A DNA stretch of 20,000 bases, taken from positions 35,637,094 to 35,657,093 of the forward strand of contig NC_057719.1 in assembly GCF_004010195.1 (NCBI RefSeq). The letters are read 5' to 3'. The stretch is from Chiloscyllium plagiosum (lineage: Eukaryota). Shown piece by piece: positions 1-11,864 of the stretch (the stretch's first letter is position 1; every line of letters begins with the position of its first letter). Under the pieces are notes generated by a model, which was given only the letters and a program-made list of their open reading frames with translations, made no database searches and had not been told where the DNA came from. The translations under genes were made by a program, and so were the position numbers.

Positions 1-1439
1 GCCTACTAGCGGAGACTGGTCTAGTCAGTCTCTGGTATATTACACAGATAAAAAGAAGGAAAACCACTCTGACAGTTACTTTTAAAATGTACTAGTTAAG
101 CATGATATATGCAGAGTTAATTCCACCATTCAGATCAAGCAAGATGTTTTTCTGAGGGATGGTAGTCATGCGGAGGAATGAATGGACAAAAGAAGAGAGA
201 GAAACCTGCTTGGAGAAGAGTTACAAAGTCAGAAATCTCTCAGATATGGATAAGAAAAAGTTGAACATGTGCATTTGGAAAGGCCATTACCAATAACTCA
301 GCAATTTACTATTGTTAAATTATTTACCAGATATACCAATGTTGGTCTTGTTGGGAGTAAAGTGGTTATAGAGGAAAAGATAGCTGCGCAGCATTAACAT
401 TCGCAGCTTGTCAGTCACTGTCAATTTCACTGACTCAGAAAATGATTGTCATTCTAGACACCGCTGCATGTTGCCCATATACCAGTTTTAGAGGATTAGA
501 AAGAAAATCATATAGAATTCGGAGTAAAAAGGGAGTGCAGATTTATGCAAAAAGAAGTTCATCTTAAGGGTAGAGGTAGATGGTTGGATATAAGAAAAAT
601 ATTTTGAAATTATCTATTTATACATCCTTACTTTAAGTGTTTTAAATAGTTCAGTAATTTTAGTAAATAATAAACAGAAGCAACAATGTTGCAAATCTAC
701 CCAGTGTCTTTGGTGTGGAAATGCACTCCAAACAACTCAAACAACTTATCTTTATATGAGTTATAACACTAAGGACAGACTACAACTACAAGTACAGGAA
801 GACATATTTTAAATGTATATTCCCATATAAATTAGGCGACATGGTAGCTTTCTGTGCATTTCCAAATTAAATCTTGTGAGCTACCAGCAATTTTAAATGA
901 AATGAATGAATTGACAGAGTTGATCAGATTAATCACACCTACAGCGACACTTGGTTGAAGTGCGTTGGGTTTGGGATAAGACTTGCCTCAAGTTGATTTT
1001 GGTGCCTGTTGCACTACCACAATTTTCATGGTTTGACACCAAACAAACAAAATAATTTGTGGATTTCTAATAAATCTGGATAAATAATTGGAATTGAAGT
1101 ACAGAAGTAGATATTTCAAGTTAAAAACAATTGTTCTGAATGTCTTTTAAAGAAAGTTGCAAAAGCTATTATCAGATACAAGCACAAGCTTACAAAGATG
1201 ACTCCAATTTATAAAGTTTGTAAAGCAATCCATTGCAAACTCATTTTCTGAATTTGATCGGACACGTACAATTGACGTAGCCCTCACAGATAAACTATTT
1301 TTATAAGTAAATAATCAACTTAATATAATCCAAATTCTGCGCTAAAAACAAATAACTTTGAAAGCTTTTCAATACAGCACATTTCACCTTTATATATTGT
1401 TCTATGGAGAGTATCATAATAGTGATGGTATAAACGTAC

Positions 1440-1512
1440 CTGTGGATTTGCTTTTGCTAAATTCTCTATTTTGAGCCAAGCCTCTTCACGTTCTTTCAAT
1501 TTTGCTTTCTCC
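1440..1512 (-). CDS. PPP2R5C: PP2A B56-gamma coding exon (73 bp, phase 2/0)
   Basis: G+[24 protein letters not shown]. Acceptor TTTAG (ct 1513-1514), donor CAG|GTACGT (ac 1438-1439). The [11 protein letters not shown] ending is gamma-type. Confidence 0.95.
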
Positions 1513-1819
1513 CTAAACATTACAAAAGTGACAGTTTTGAGATACCTAAAGAAAATACTTTAATAGTTTGAACTCGCAATTATCTCAGACAGTGCATTAA
1601 AACAGCAATGGCAGTTTTGGTGGTATTGTCTTATCATCTGTGAAGTGAACACAGAGCTGTTCATCGTAAAATGTAATAACAATGGAACCAAAGTAGTTTA
1701 CAGTGCAGGTAGCCATCATATGGTTCTTTGTTACAGCCACCGAAAACTGACTTTCACCTATTTATGTTAGTTTTAAACGATGGCCCTTTCATGATTACCT
1801 CCCCAACCAGATGAAGCAA

Positions 1820-1916
1820 TTCTGAAGAATCATATTGGACTTGAAACATGAATTTTCTTTCTCGCTTGAAAGATACTGCCAGACTTTCTTCACAAGTTTC
1901 TGTTTTATTTCAGATG
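1820..1916 (+). repeat. Penelope-derived short repeat remnant
   Basis: tctgaaga..ggacttgaaac..tttctc..agatactgccagac..tttctgttttatttcagat. Decayed CTGAAGA/GAAAC hammerhead-like core; related to 6951-7055. Confidence 0.5.
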
Positions 1917-2369
1917 AAACAGTGTTCCTCTATTCATTTTTAAAACCTGTCACAATTATAAAAGCTGTTTAATTTCCTTTTGTCTCATCAGTCTAAATGG
2001 TCATGAATTAAACCATAACTACAGATGGATAATTTTCAATCCTAGACTTTGCAATAATGAATCTACACTTCATTTAAATTATTGAACTTAACAACTCCAA
2101 ATGTTTCTAGCTTCTATTACTTCATCTGCCTAGACTCCATTTCATAAAAAAAAATCTTTGAATATATAAATTTAGTTCCTCATCCATATATGTCAGCAAC
2201 ATTTTACTGAGCATATGTTCTTGCTTCTCTTGTAATTTATTCCCTCATACTTACTCTTTTCAAATCAAACTGCATCTGACACTATTCTACCATTAAACTA
2301 ACATCTGTGTCTAGCTGATTAATTGTACAGTCCTGTTTGTTTTGAGTTTGAAACTGCAAATCATCTGTA

Positions 2370-2660
2370 TATCATGAATGAAGAATACCAGGCCAGACTC
2401 TGGCCACTTCAAATCATTTTCCAGTTCAAATCACTTTCTAGTTTAACCACTAAATACCACAACGATCTGAATATATAACTATATAATGATATACCACACC
2501 TCTTTGCTCTTGTTCTGGCTTACTGCTCTTTCCCCATGACTTTTTAAAACCTTTCTTTTTCAAATATTTATTCAATACGGTTTTGAAAATAACAATTAAA
2601 CTTGTTTCAACTACTCCTTCAGGCAGTGTATTCCTAATAATTCTCTACATAAAAAGAGTT
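2370..2660 (-). mobile_element. Degraded CR1-type LINE 3' fragment
   Basis: ttcaaatatttattcaat..ttttgaaa..actccttcaggcagtgtattcc is the reverse complement of the WN.LP region of CR1 3' ends. Confidence 0.5.
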
Positions 2661-4794
2661 CACAATCCCACTTTTGCAGCATGCCAGGACTTTTCTGATG
2701 AGCTTTGCAAGGCACCTCCAAGAACCATTAAAGATCAGTTCAATACAAAACAGAGTCTGAAAGAATGAAGACAAGCTAAGGAATGTGAACTAGACAACAC
2801 TGTTAGAGGAGAAATACAAGACAATGTGTTACTAGCTAGGATCAATATGCTAACACAGACAGTACAGAATAAATATATACCATGAGGTGGTAAAATAAAA
2901 TGCCCACTTAAAAAAAATCTGATGCAGGAATTAAGGGTAAAATTAAATATCTGGCAAAGTACAGCAGCATAAGATAAATATAAAACATAAAAGTAGGTAG
3001 GAAACTTAACAGGAAGGTTCATGCAGAATTTGATCATCAAGAAATTGAAAAGAAATGGAACTTGGCTTCATTAATATACTTACAGTAAGCATGTTGAAAA
3101 CGTAAAAACAGCAGAGGCAATGTGAAAGGAAGAAGTAGAATTGTTGGTTGAGGGTAGGCATTTAAATACTTGTAGTGTCCATACAAAAAGAAACAGAACT
3201 TTCAGGGAACAGTAACAGGATGAGGGAACTAAAGGCAACACTACAGTTCCAGACTAACTGCATACGGAGATATTTAATGTGTCAATGAACAAAACTATTC
3301 TTGTGTTGCATTAGAAAGAGGAGTAATACTTGTCTATTGGGGCAAGAAAGCTAACAAGTTTTGAAAGGAGATTAAGACTGAAACCACAACTGCAGTAACT
3401 GACAGCAGCTTGTGCACCTTCAGCGACTTGATGAGCTGAAGTTGGAGATACATCAGTCAGTGGGAAAGGTACATAGACACTTATTCAGGTAGACAATTAT
3501 AATATTTTGGCTGGTAACAGTGCAAATGAGCAGGTGAAGTGTACAATGGAACAACTGTGTGCAATGGGAAAACCAGTTAAGAAACCCTGAGAAAAGGCAC
3601 AGATGTTGAAAGAAGTCTGCGCAGATCTGAGTGTTTCTGGGACAGCACTAGCCTGACAGAGTTACAGCACACGTTGAGGAGGGGTTCTAGTTTCTGTATC
3701 CCTGGAGTTGGGATGAAGTTGTTTAATTGATCTTTTGAATTCCTCCTGTTGATTGACCAAGTACAGGATACTAAAGGACTGCTCAGCAGAGAAGTAAATG
3801 ATGAGAATGTACATACAGCGTTGACAAGGCTGTACAGTGTAAAACCTCAATCTTTGAAGTACAGGACCATGTTATCTAGAATCCAAGGAAAGACTGGACT
3901 CCTGAGATCAGGAAAGAGGCAACCCATCAGGAAGGGCATTCAGCACAATTGAGAATTATATCTCGGAACGAAGAGGCAGATTACTGAAAAGTAAGCGCAG
4001 TCCAATCTTTGCTGCTATTACCTCCATGGTAAGGCTTCTGGTTGATCCTACGCATATCTATGGAGTGTGACAGCCAACTGTGCACAGTCTTGCATAAACC
4101 TCATATCGCAACCCACTAGACAAAATAATGCATGTTGCTCCCTTCTCATCGTCGACTAAGGCCACTTTTCTGCTGCTTGGATTTTCTCATCGTTCGTCCC
4201 AACTACTAATTAAAAAAAGTGGCCTAACTAACTTTCAGGGCTGGTTTATGATTTCTAATAACACCTTGCACTCATCCTTGAGCTATTCTCCACTCTCTTC
4301 TTTAGAGGAGACCCAGTCCTTCCAGTGAACCACTGCCTCGCCACACCTTCTGGGGTGATGGCTTGGTAAATGAGTCGATAGCAGGTCATCACATGGAGTT
4401 AAGCCAGGTGTTCAAGACAGTTTCCACAAGGACAGACAGAAGCACTGAAAATACATACACTGACTAAATTACAAGGATATTTTTCCAAAACCAGAACAAG
4501 ATACAAGATGTGTGCGGTCCTTGACCCCACAGTCATCAAGTAGTGACCACATCTATATTGATAAAATCAACAGCTGTGCGGCAGCAGAAAATAGTTCACA
4601 AAGGGGAGTTGCTTGAGGCCAGAGTCTGGTGATTGATATAGAGGCAAGCAGCTCACTCAGCAACACTGCAGAACCTTAAGTGCCAAAGTGTGTCAGAGCA
4701 AAGTTCAGTCGGATTACTCGGCTTTTACTCATTCAAATTTAGAAGAACAGCTGATCATTTTGAAACAACATTCTGAGAGACACTTGACAGAGCA

Positions 4795-5151
4795 GAAGTA
4801 GAGAGGATGTTTTCCTTTGTGAAGAAATATAGAACTAGAGGACAAAGTTTCAACATTGAAGTTGTCCAATTTAAAATAGGGATTAGGAAGATTTTCTTGT
4901 TTGAGAGGGTGGCCAATATTTGGAATTTTCTTACAGAGCAAACAGTGAAGTTTCAGTCACTGAATATGCCCAAGATTGACTTGGATAGATTTTGATTAAC
5001 AAGAAAGTCAATTGTTAATGGGGATGTGAGGGACCGGGGAAGAGGCAGGCAGGAAAGTGAAGTTAAGATTACAATCAGATCAACCACGATCTTATTGAAT
5101 GGCAGGCTCAGAAGGGTTAATTGCCTATTCCTGCTTTAATTTCATGTTATG
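4795..5151 (+). mobile_element. CR1-type LINE 3' fragment
   Basis: ERMFSFVKKYRTRGQSF..IRKIFLFERVANIWNFL plus tail cagatcaaccacgatcttattgaatggcagg..aagggttaattgcctattcctgct. Confidence 0.75.
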
Positions 5152-5842
5152 GCAAAATAAGCACAAATGGGCAACTTCTGGCTTGTTCTCTGCTGAACTG
5201 AGCAATGCTGCATTTTTTTTTTATTTACTCAAGACCCAGTACCATCAAGTATAATGAGTGTCTAGTTCTGCTATGGTTACTGCCTCCATGGGCTCAGAAA
5301 TCTGTAATTTAACAAGCTTCTAAATAATAGCAGAGAGCCACAAAGGCTCAGCTACAATAGTCATATAGTCTTTATTCCCTTCAAATATGGAAGTTGAAAG
5401 ATGATCGCAGGAGCAAATCAACATCTCAGCTTATCGTCTAATTACTTCTCCGTCATTTACATTTTAGTAGGTCAGATACACTACTCCTGGAGCTCTCTTC
5501 AAACTTGTTTGAATGTGTATACTGTAGGGATACAGAACACTGGGGAAAGTGAAGACTGTTTTATCTGCTAATATATACTTCATTTGCAGCTCTCATATGC
5601 TACATCTCCATAGTTTAGCTAAATTTTTATTTAAACAGGTGCAAATCTATATACTGAAATTGCTTATAACGATAAGATAATCACAAACTTGTGAACTGCA
5701 TATTGTTTGCTGGTTCACTCTCCACTAATTTATTTGTCCATTATTGTTTCTTGAATACAAATTTAGGCTAATCACGTGCAAATATCTGAGACAACAATAG
5801 GTAATAGATAACTTTGTGGTAGAGTGAGATCTATGCACATTA

Positions 5843-5976
5843 CAGAACAACCTTGATTATCTGAACGTCGATTATCCAAATTTTGGATTATCCGAACAAG
5901 ATCTCAAGGTCCCGTAAAACTTTACCCAAACAAAATACTCTTCACCCGTCTTGTTCAGATAATCGAGGTTGTTCTG
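5843..5976. mobile_element. pogo/Tigger-like MITE, 134 bp
   Basis: TA TSD (5841-5842, 5977-5978). 24-bp TIR cagaacaacct(t/c)gattatctgaac with 23/24 match. Sub-terminal gattatc repeats. Confidence 0.9.
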
Positions 5977-6003
5977 TATATGCTGGACAGACACTTGAAC
6001 TTA

Positions 6004-6180
<177 letters not shown>

Positions 6181-6327
6181 TTACAAAAACAGTGACTATA
6201 TTGTGGAACTAGAAATAAAGTGCATAAAATGCATGTTAGTAAATATGAAGCTTAAAGTCATACTTCCTCCTACCCAAAGGAAATGCCTACCTTAATTGAA
6301 ACTTGCATAACTTTATTAAGACTCAAG

Positions 6328-6517
6328 TTGGATAATTTTCACCTAAATCACCAAATATGAAACTGATGCAATCAGATCAACCGCCTTTCTTTTTAAAAAC
6401 ACACTGCCCAATTTCGTTCATTGTTGAAGTCAATGAGAAGTAAAATCGGGCAAGTGGACAATTGAATAATTACCTAATTTTTTTCCATCAGACAGGTTAA
6501 GTAAAAATTACCCCCAA
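6328..6517. repeat. Degenerate palindromic non-autonomous element
   Basis: Ends ttggataattttcacctaa / ttaagtaaaaattacccccaa are imperfect inverted repeats. Inner arms gcccaattt / aaatcgggc surround cattg..gaagtcaatg. Confidence 0.4.
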
Positions 6518-6950
6518 GTTTCAGTTGAGAATACACTAAAATACAACATTTATAGTAACATTTAAAATAACAATGTCATGCTTCTACAATAGCAATATCT
6601 TAGGATTCAATTTCCATTTATAATCATATGCAAGTTCAATTATAGGTAATGCACAGTAATATCTTCCCTTTTTGTGAAGATATGCTTTCAAAGTGATCTC
6701 TCAGACTTCGCTACACACAAGACAAGGAACGAATTACTTTAAATATATTTTAGAGTTTTACCATTGAACTTTTTCAAACAAATGCAAGTGACAGACCACA
6801 GGAACTAGTATTTCTGACAGAAAACCTTAAGGGTTTTCAAATTGCATACTTGCAAATTCAGGAACAAGCTTTAAAATACTGACAATTTTGAATGCATGCT
6901 GTGTGAACATGTTCTAAATACACATCTACAAGTAATAAAACTTAAAAAAA

Positions 6951-7055
6951 AGGATGCTGGAAATCTGAAACACAAATAGGAAATGATGGATAAACTCAGC
7001 AGAGGTCTGGCTCTCCACAGATGCTGTCAGACCTGAGTTTTTCCAGCACATCCTG
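6951..7055. repeat. Penelope-derived palindromic remnant
   Basis: gatgctggaaatctgaaac..aaactcagcagaggtctggc followed by inverted tctccacagatgctgtcagacctgagtttttccagca. Confidence 0.55.
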
Positions 7056-7189
7056 AACTTGCAAGTTTCTTTGAAACATTCTAATGTATAGAGGACCTAT
7101 ACTGCAAACACATACTTCAAAATGGCATTTAAGCCAATAATGTTGAATGCCTTACTATCAAATTAAATTGCACAGAGTGCAAGACAAAT

Positions 7190-7630
7190 TGGATGGACAG
7201 CACAAAATCACCAGATTATACCAGGTTTAACAAGGTTAAGACTTATGAAGCCTGGTTGCAAAAAGTTGATTTGTACATCTGTGTTCAGAAGGTTTGGGGT
7301 AATATAATTGACATGATAAAAGGATCTAATGAGACAAATATAAGAAAACATTTTTTCTAATGGGTAAATCAAGAACGTGCAGCAAAATTTTTAAGTCAGT
7401 CACATCATTCAGAAATGAAATGACAAAGAGAAATTTACAACTCACTTTCCAGAAGAATTTGGCTGCTGGATCAATTGAAACTTACAAAACTGAAATCAAT
7501 ATATTGTTGGGGAGCGCATGAAGGAACATGGAGTCAGGCAGATGTTGGAGTTAAGGCCATAGATCAGCTTCGATCTAACTGGATGTGGAGCAAGTGCAAG
7601 CCAATTGATAGCCCACTTCTCTTCTCACAT
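7190..7630 (+). mobile_element. Highly degraded CR1-type LINE 3' fragment
   Basis: Blocks accagattataccagg, ttttttctaatgggtaaatcaagaac and tail agatcagcttcgatctaactggatgtggagcaag resemble the other CR1 3' ends in this window. Confidence 0.55.
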
Positions 7631-7799
7631 AGGTACAAAAGTGCTTTCAGCTTATTAATACAAAACATTTTTCAAAATTAAAAACATGTCTAATTGAATA
7701 ATTAAAACATATGAAGTGTTCATGCTTCAAATTGCCCAAATTAAAACAAGAATTTTATTTTATGTGAATGCTTAATTTGATATTCTGTTTTTTGACTTT

Positions 7800-8112
7800 A
7801 TTCTTTCATTGGATGTGGACATTATTGCTAAGGTCAGCATGTGTTGCCCATCCCTAACTGCACTCGAGGGTCAACCACATTGTTATGGGTGTTATTCAGA
7901 ATACAGTAAGGATGACATTTTTTTCCCCTTTAGAACATGTGCAAAACAAACAGGCTGTTACAACAATGATAGTTTCATGTTCATCATTACAGAGACGAGT
8001 TTTACAATTTCACTGACTGAATTTAAGATTCACCAACTGTCATGGTGTGATTTGAACTCAAGTCTCCAAATCTCACTTAGGGACTCTTTAACTATCATAA
8101 TAACACTATCCC
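7800..8112 (-). mobile_element. tRNA-derived SINE resembling shark SacSINE1 (Deu-domain SINE), degraded
   Basis: B box GAGTTCAAATC on minus (8049-8059). Blocks catgaaactatc, tccttactg, caatgtggttgacc and agggatgggcaacacatgctgacctt resemble my recollection of the family. Confidence 0.7.
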
Positions 8113-8247
8113 TAGAGAAACATTCTTCCGGAATATTTGTGCTTTTCGTATTCTTCATACAACTACTTTACATTCTAACTTATTGCAAAGGTTTTTTCTG
8201 CTTAAAGTTTATGGAAGGCCAAATACAATAATAGAACAATTCACTTA

Positions 8248-8376
<129 letters not shown>

Positions 8377-8592
8377 CTAGGTCAAAGAATATACATCAAG
8401 AAAATAAAAATAGTAAGACATTGCATGCAACTACAAAGAATTCAAGTGTTTTCATACAGAAGAAGCAATTTTTTTGTTATTATTTGATACAATCCATTGA
8501 CAACTTTATAGTTTGGTCAGTACCATACTAGAGGTCTTAAAATAAAATGTACTATTGTGAAAACGTAATTATTATCCAAATTCTCATTTTTA

Positions 8593-8778
<186 letters not shown>

Positions 8779-8869
8779 CTACAAAAGTCAAAATACTGTT
8801 GGAGCCATATACTCAAACTTTGAAGCATAACAAACAACTTAGAGAAGCCAATACAGTAAAAGTCCAGCT

Positions 8870-9782
8870 ATTGAATGATATAGTATAGCTATTAAACTAG
8901 TCAGTCAGTTTTTCAACCAATTGTGTATGCGTTGGTCATCAAACATTTATCTACTCTTGTCCCATTTCCAAGCACTTAGTCTACAGCCTTACATGCAATG
9001 CAGTTGTGTATTCATCATAATACTTTCAAATGTTCTGATGCTTCTTGTCGACACAACCCTTTCAGACACTTGAGCTTGAGACACTCATCACTCTCAGGAT
9101 AAAAAATCCTAATCCTTAAAGTCTCAAACAGTTACATTATAACCTGTGTGCCTTTGCAGTTGGCACTTTGATTAAAGGCAAGTATTCTTTATCCCTTTTT
9201 AAATAATTTATTCAACGGTCCTCTTGCTTTTAAATATCTGTGGACATGCACACCGAGGTCCCTTTGATCCTCTATTTTCCAGGGTACTACTATTCATCAT
9301 GTACTCCTTTGTTTTGCTAGTATTCCCAAAGCGCACCACATCTCACCGTTCCAGATTAAGTTTAATTTGCCACTAGTCTGCCCAATTGACCAGCCTGTCC
9401 ATATCGCAATATAAGGCTTGCCTCCTCACTATTTACTGCACCAGTTTGTGCCATCCATGAACATATTGATCAAATCTACATTCATACACATTACAAAGAA
9501 GCCAGCACAAATTCTGCTGTATGCCACTGGATGCAGGTTGCCAGTTACAAAAACAATCTTTGATCACCCTCCATCCCCTGCCAGTAAGCCATTTTGGATG
9601 CAATTTGCCAAATTATCCTGGACACCATGGGCTCCTTATCTTCTTGACCAATCTCACATGTGACAACTTTCAAAGGCCTGACTGAAATCGACATAGATTA
9701 CTTCAACTGCACTGCCCTCATGTAGTCACTTGTTCAAAACAATTCAAACAGTAAGGTATGATCTTTGTCTTTCAAAGCCATA
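8870..9782 (-). mobile_element. Old CR1-type LINE, piece 1 (RT C-terminal half and 3' end)
   Basis: Degenerate minus-strand peptides AVEVIYVDFSQAF, HGVQDNLA, WAD*WQIKLN, QRDLGVHVH. Boundaries approximate. Confidence 0.75.
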
Positions 9783-10001
9783 CTGTCAGTTCTGCGATAA
9801 CACGGTAGTTCAGTTCTCGTGCAATTCCGTGCTTTCAGAAAATTGCGTAATAGCAGCACCATTTAAACTAATGGTGTCGGAATCATGTTATAACCAGTAC
9901 ATGCTTTAAAAGTTCACGCTATAGAAACAGTGTCCTCAATTTGTCAATTGCGTTATAGCGAATTTGCATTAACGAAATGCACGATATAGTAGAATGATCT
10001 G
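9783..10001. mobile_element. Tc1/mariner-superfamily (pogo/Tigger-like) MITE, 219 bp
   Basis: TA at 9781-9782 and 10002-10003. Degenerate TIRs ctgtcagttctgcgataac / gatatagtagaatgatctg. Removing it rejoins the host CR1 as caaagccatactgactatcc. Confidence 0.75.
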
Positions 10002-10084
10002 TACTGACTATCCTTGATTCATCCCTGCCTCTCCAAGTGGAGATCAATTCCACCTCTCAATTATTCTAAATGTTTTTGGACATT

Positions 10085-10422
10085 CTGGAGGGAGGAAGCA
10101 CGTTTCCGCTGATGGGAGAGTCCAGAACCAGAGGACATAGTTTAAAAAATAAGGGTTAGGCCATTTCGAACAGAGTTGAGGAGGAACTTCTTCACCCAGA
10201 GATTGGTGGATATATGGAATGCTCTGCCCTAGAAGGCAGTGGAGACCAAGTCTCTGGATACTTTGAAGAAAGAGATGGATAGAGCTCTTAAAGATAGTGG
10301 AATCAAGGGTTATGGGGATAAGGCAGGAACAGGATACTGATTGTGGATGATCAGCTATGATCATAATGAATGGTGGTGCTGGCTCGAAGGGCCAAATGGC
10401 CTACTCCTGCACCTATTGTCTA
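10085..10422 (+). mobile_element. Younger CR1-type LINE 3' fragment nested in the old CR1
   Basis: SRTRGHSL..RPFRTELRRNFFTQRLVDIWNALP, then a 3' tail gatcagctatgatcataatgaatggtggtgctggctcgaagggccaaatggcctactcctg typical of shark CR1/HE1 tails. Confidence 0.85.
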
Positions 10423-10652
10423 CTGATGTTACACCCACAGGTCTATTGTTCCATCTATGACTCCTATCACTCCTTTTTAAAAATGATATCATGTTAGCTC
10501 CCTTGCATCTCTTTCCTGCAGTCAGAGAGGATTTGAAACTTAATATCAGGACAAGTGCAATCTCCTCCCTTGCCTCACACAGGAGTCTGAGATACATCTC
10601 ATCTGGCCCTGGCGATTTAACCAATTTTAAGGTCACTAAAATGCTAATAATT
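10423..10652 (-). mobile_element. Old CR1-type LINE, piece 2 (RT N-terminal region)
   Basis: KSPGPDEMYLRLLCEAREEIA and NNRPVGVTS (degenerate NYRPVSLTS) in ORF 10361..10672. Confidence 0.8.
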
Positions 10653-10691
10653 TTGGATGTAGGTTTGCTCACTGAGCTGGAAGGTTAATTT

Positions 10692-10731
10692 TCAGATGTT
10701 TCGTCACCATACTAGGCAACATCATCAGTGA
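10692..10731 (-). ncRNA. Minimal hammerhead-ribozyme-like motif in the Penelope inverted repeat
   Basis: Minus strand reads UCA-CUGAUGA-uGUUGCC uaguau GGUGAC-GAAA-CA-UC-UGA: core boxes, stem II and a 3-bp stem I, as in minimal PLE hammerheads. Confidence 0.65.
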
Positions 10732-11544
10732 GCCTCTGAATGAAGCACTGGTGGCATGGCCCGCTTTCTATTTTTGTGTTTTGGTTTCCAAGGGTTGATA
10801 ATGTCATTTCCTGCTATGATCGAATATTGAACTACAGAAACAATCATCCTAACACCCACAAACAAAGCTGCATTAGAACATTGTTTCAATGAGTCACCAC
10901 ACACTGCAGCACAGAGGAACTACGCAGAGCAGAGGAAAATCACCTATACAGTGTAACTGGTATCCAATAAACACAGTGTGCCGATTTCTCAGCAACAAAC
11001 TCCAACAAGCAGACAAAACATGTCCAGAAACCCTAGCCACTCTCCCCTACATCAAAGATATCTCAGAAATGACTGCGAGACTACTCAGCCCCCTTGGCAT
11101 CATTGTAGCCCACAAGCCCACCAACACACTAAAACAGCAGCTTATGAACTTGAAAGACCCTATCAGACAACAAGCAAAACTAATGTCATTTACAAAATAC
11201 CTTGCACGAATCGCAACAAACACCACATTGGACAAACCAGGAAATATGAACATCAACTAGCCACTAAAAGACACAACCCACTCTCACTAGTATCCTTACA
11301 TACAGAAGAGGAAAGACACCACTTCGACTGGGACAACACATGCATCCTAGGACAAGCCAAACAGACACGCGCGAGAATTCCTAGAAGCATAGCATTCCAA
11401 CTGGAACTCGATCAACAATCACATTGACTTGGATCCCATTTACCACCCCCTGAGAAAAAGAACAGGAAACGACATCACCAACTCAAGGAAACCTAAACAC
11501 ATAAATAGAAAGTGGGTCATGCCACCGGCGCATCATCTGGAGGC

Positions 11545-11580
11545 TCACTGATGATGTCATTAAATATGGTGACGAAAACG
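11545..11580 (+). ncRNA. Disrupted minimal hammerhead-like motif (Penelope 3' repeat)
   Basis: TCA-CTGATGA-tGTCATT aaatat GGTGAC-GAAAACG followed by foreign sequence; the UC/UGA part is missing. Confidence 0.55.
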
Positions 11581-11794
11581 AATTTGGTTAAGCAAAATGT
11601 GAAAGTCTCAGAAAGGATGAAATTCTTAAAATGTATCTAGGAGATTATCTTAAGACAGCACATAGAAATCCCAACAAGGGAGGGCTTGGTAACCAAGCTG
11701 GACAAACGGTAGAAATATTTGGTGGGGGTGCATTTCAGTGACAGTGACCATAATTCAGTAACATTTCAAGTAGCTACAAAAAAGGACAAAAATG
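11581..11794 (+). repeat. Inverted duplicate of the neighbouring CR1 segment spanning the L1 insertion site
   Basis: Aligns by eye to the reverse complement of 18589-18543 joined to 12601-12427. Shared blocks include gaaagtctcagaaaggatg, cagcacatagaaatc and catttcagtgacagtgaccataattcagtaacatttcaagtag. Confidence 0.9.
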
Positions 11795-11864
11795 ACCTTC
11801 CAGCTCAGCGAGCAAACCTACATTTAGAACCTCAACCTGAGCTACAAATTTTCTCAAAAGTTCA

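Larger units (their letters stand above)
10653..11864 (+). mobile_element. 5'-truncated Penelope-like element (RT thumb/linker + GIY-YIG remnant) with inverted terminal repeat at its 5' side
   Basis: Peptides TLPYIKDISEMTARLLSPLGIIVAHKPTNTLK and NVIYKIPC..HIGQT..HHFDWDNTCILG..REFLEA. 10653-10813 is the reverse complement of 11463-11580 plus 11795-11826. Flanking direct repeat ctaataatt at 10644-10652 and 11865-11873. Confidence 0.9.

Noticed and set aside
250..610. Possible very old CR1 RT 3' remnant (gtgcatttggaaagg, cttaagggtagaggtag)
   Set aside because: Similarity is too fragmentary to support boundaries or a family call.
2408..2446. 17-bp imperfect tandem duplication ttcaaatca(t/c)ttt(c/t)..ag
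   Set aside because: Only about two units inside a decayed LINE tail; not an array or CRISPR-like structure.
7809..8231. 140-aa plus-strand ORF
   Set aside because: It overlaps the antisense of a SINE and intron sequence, has a non-ATG start and shows no protein motifs.
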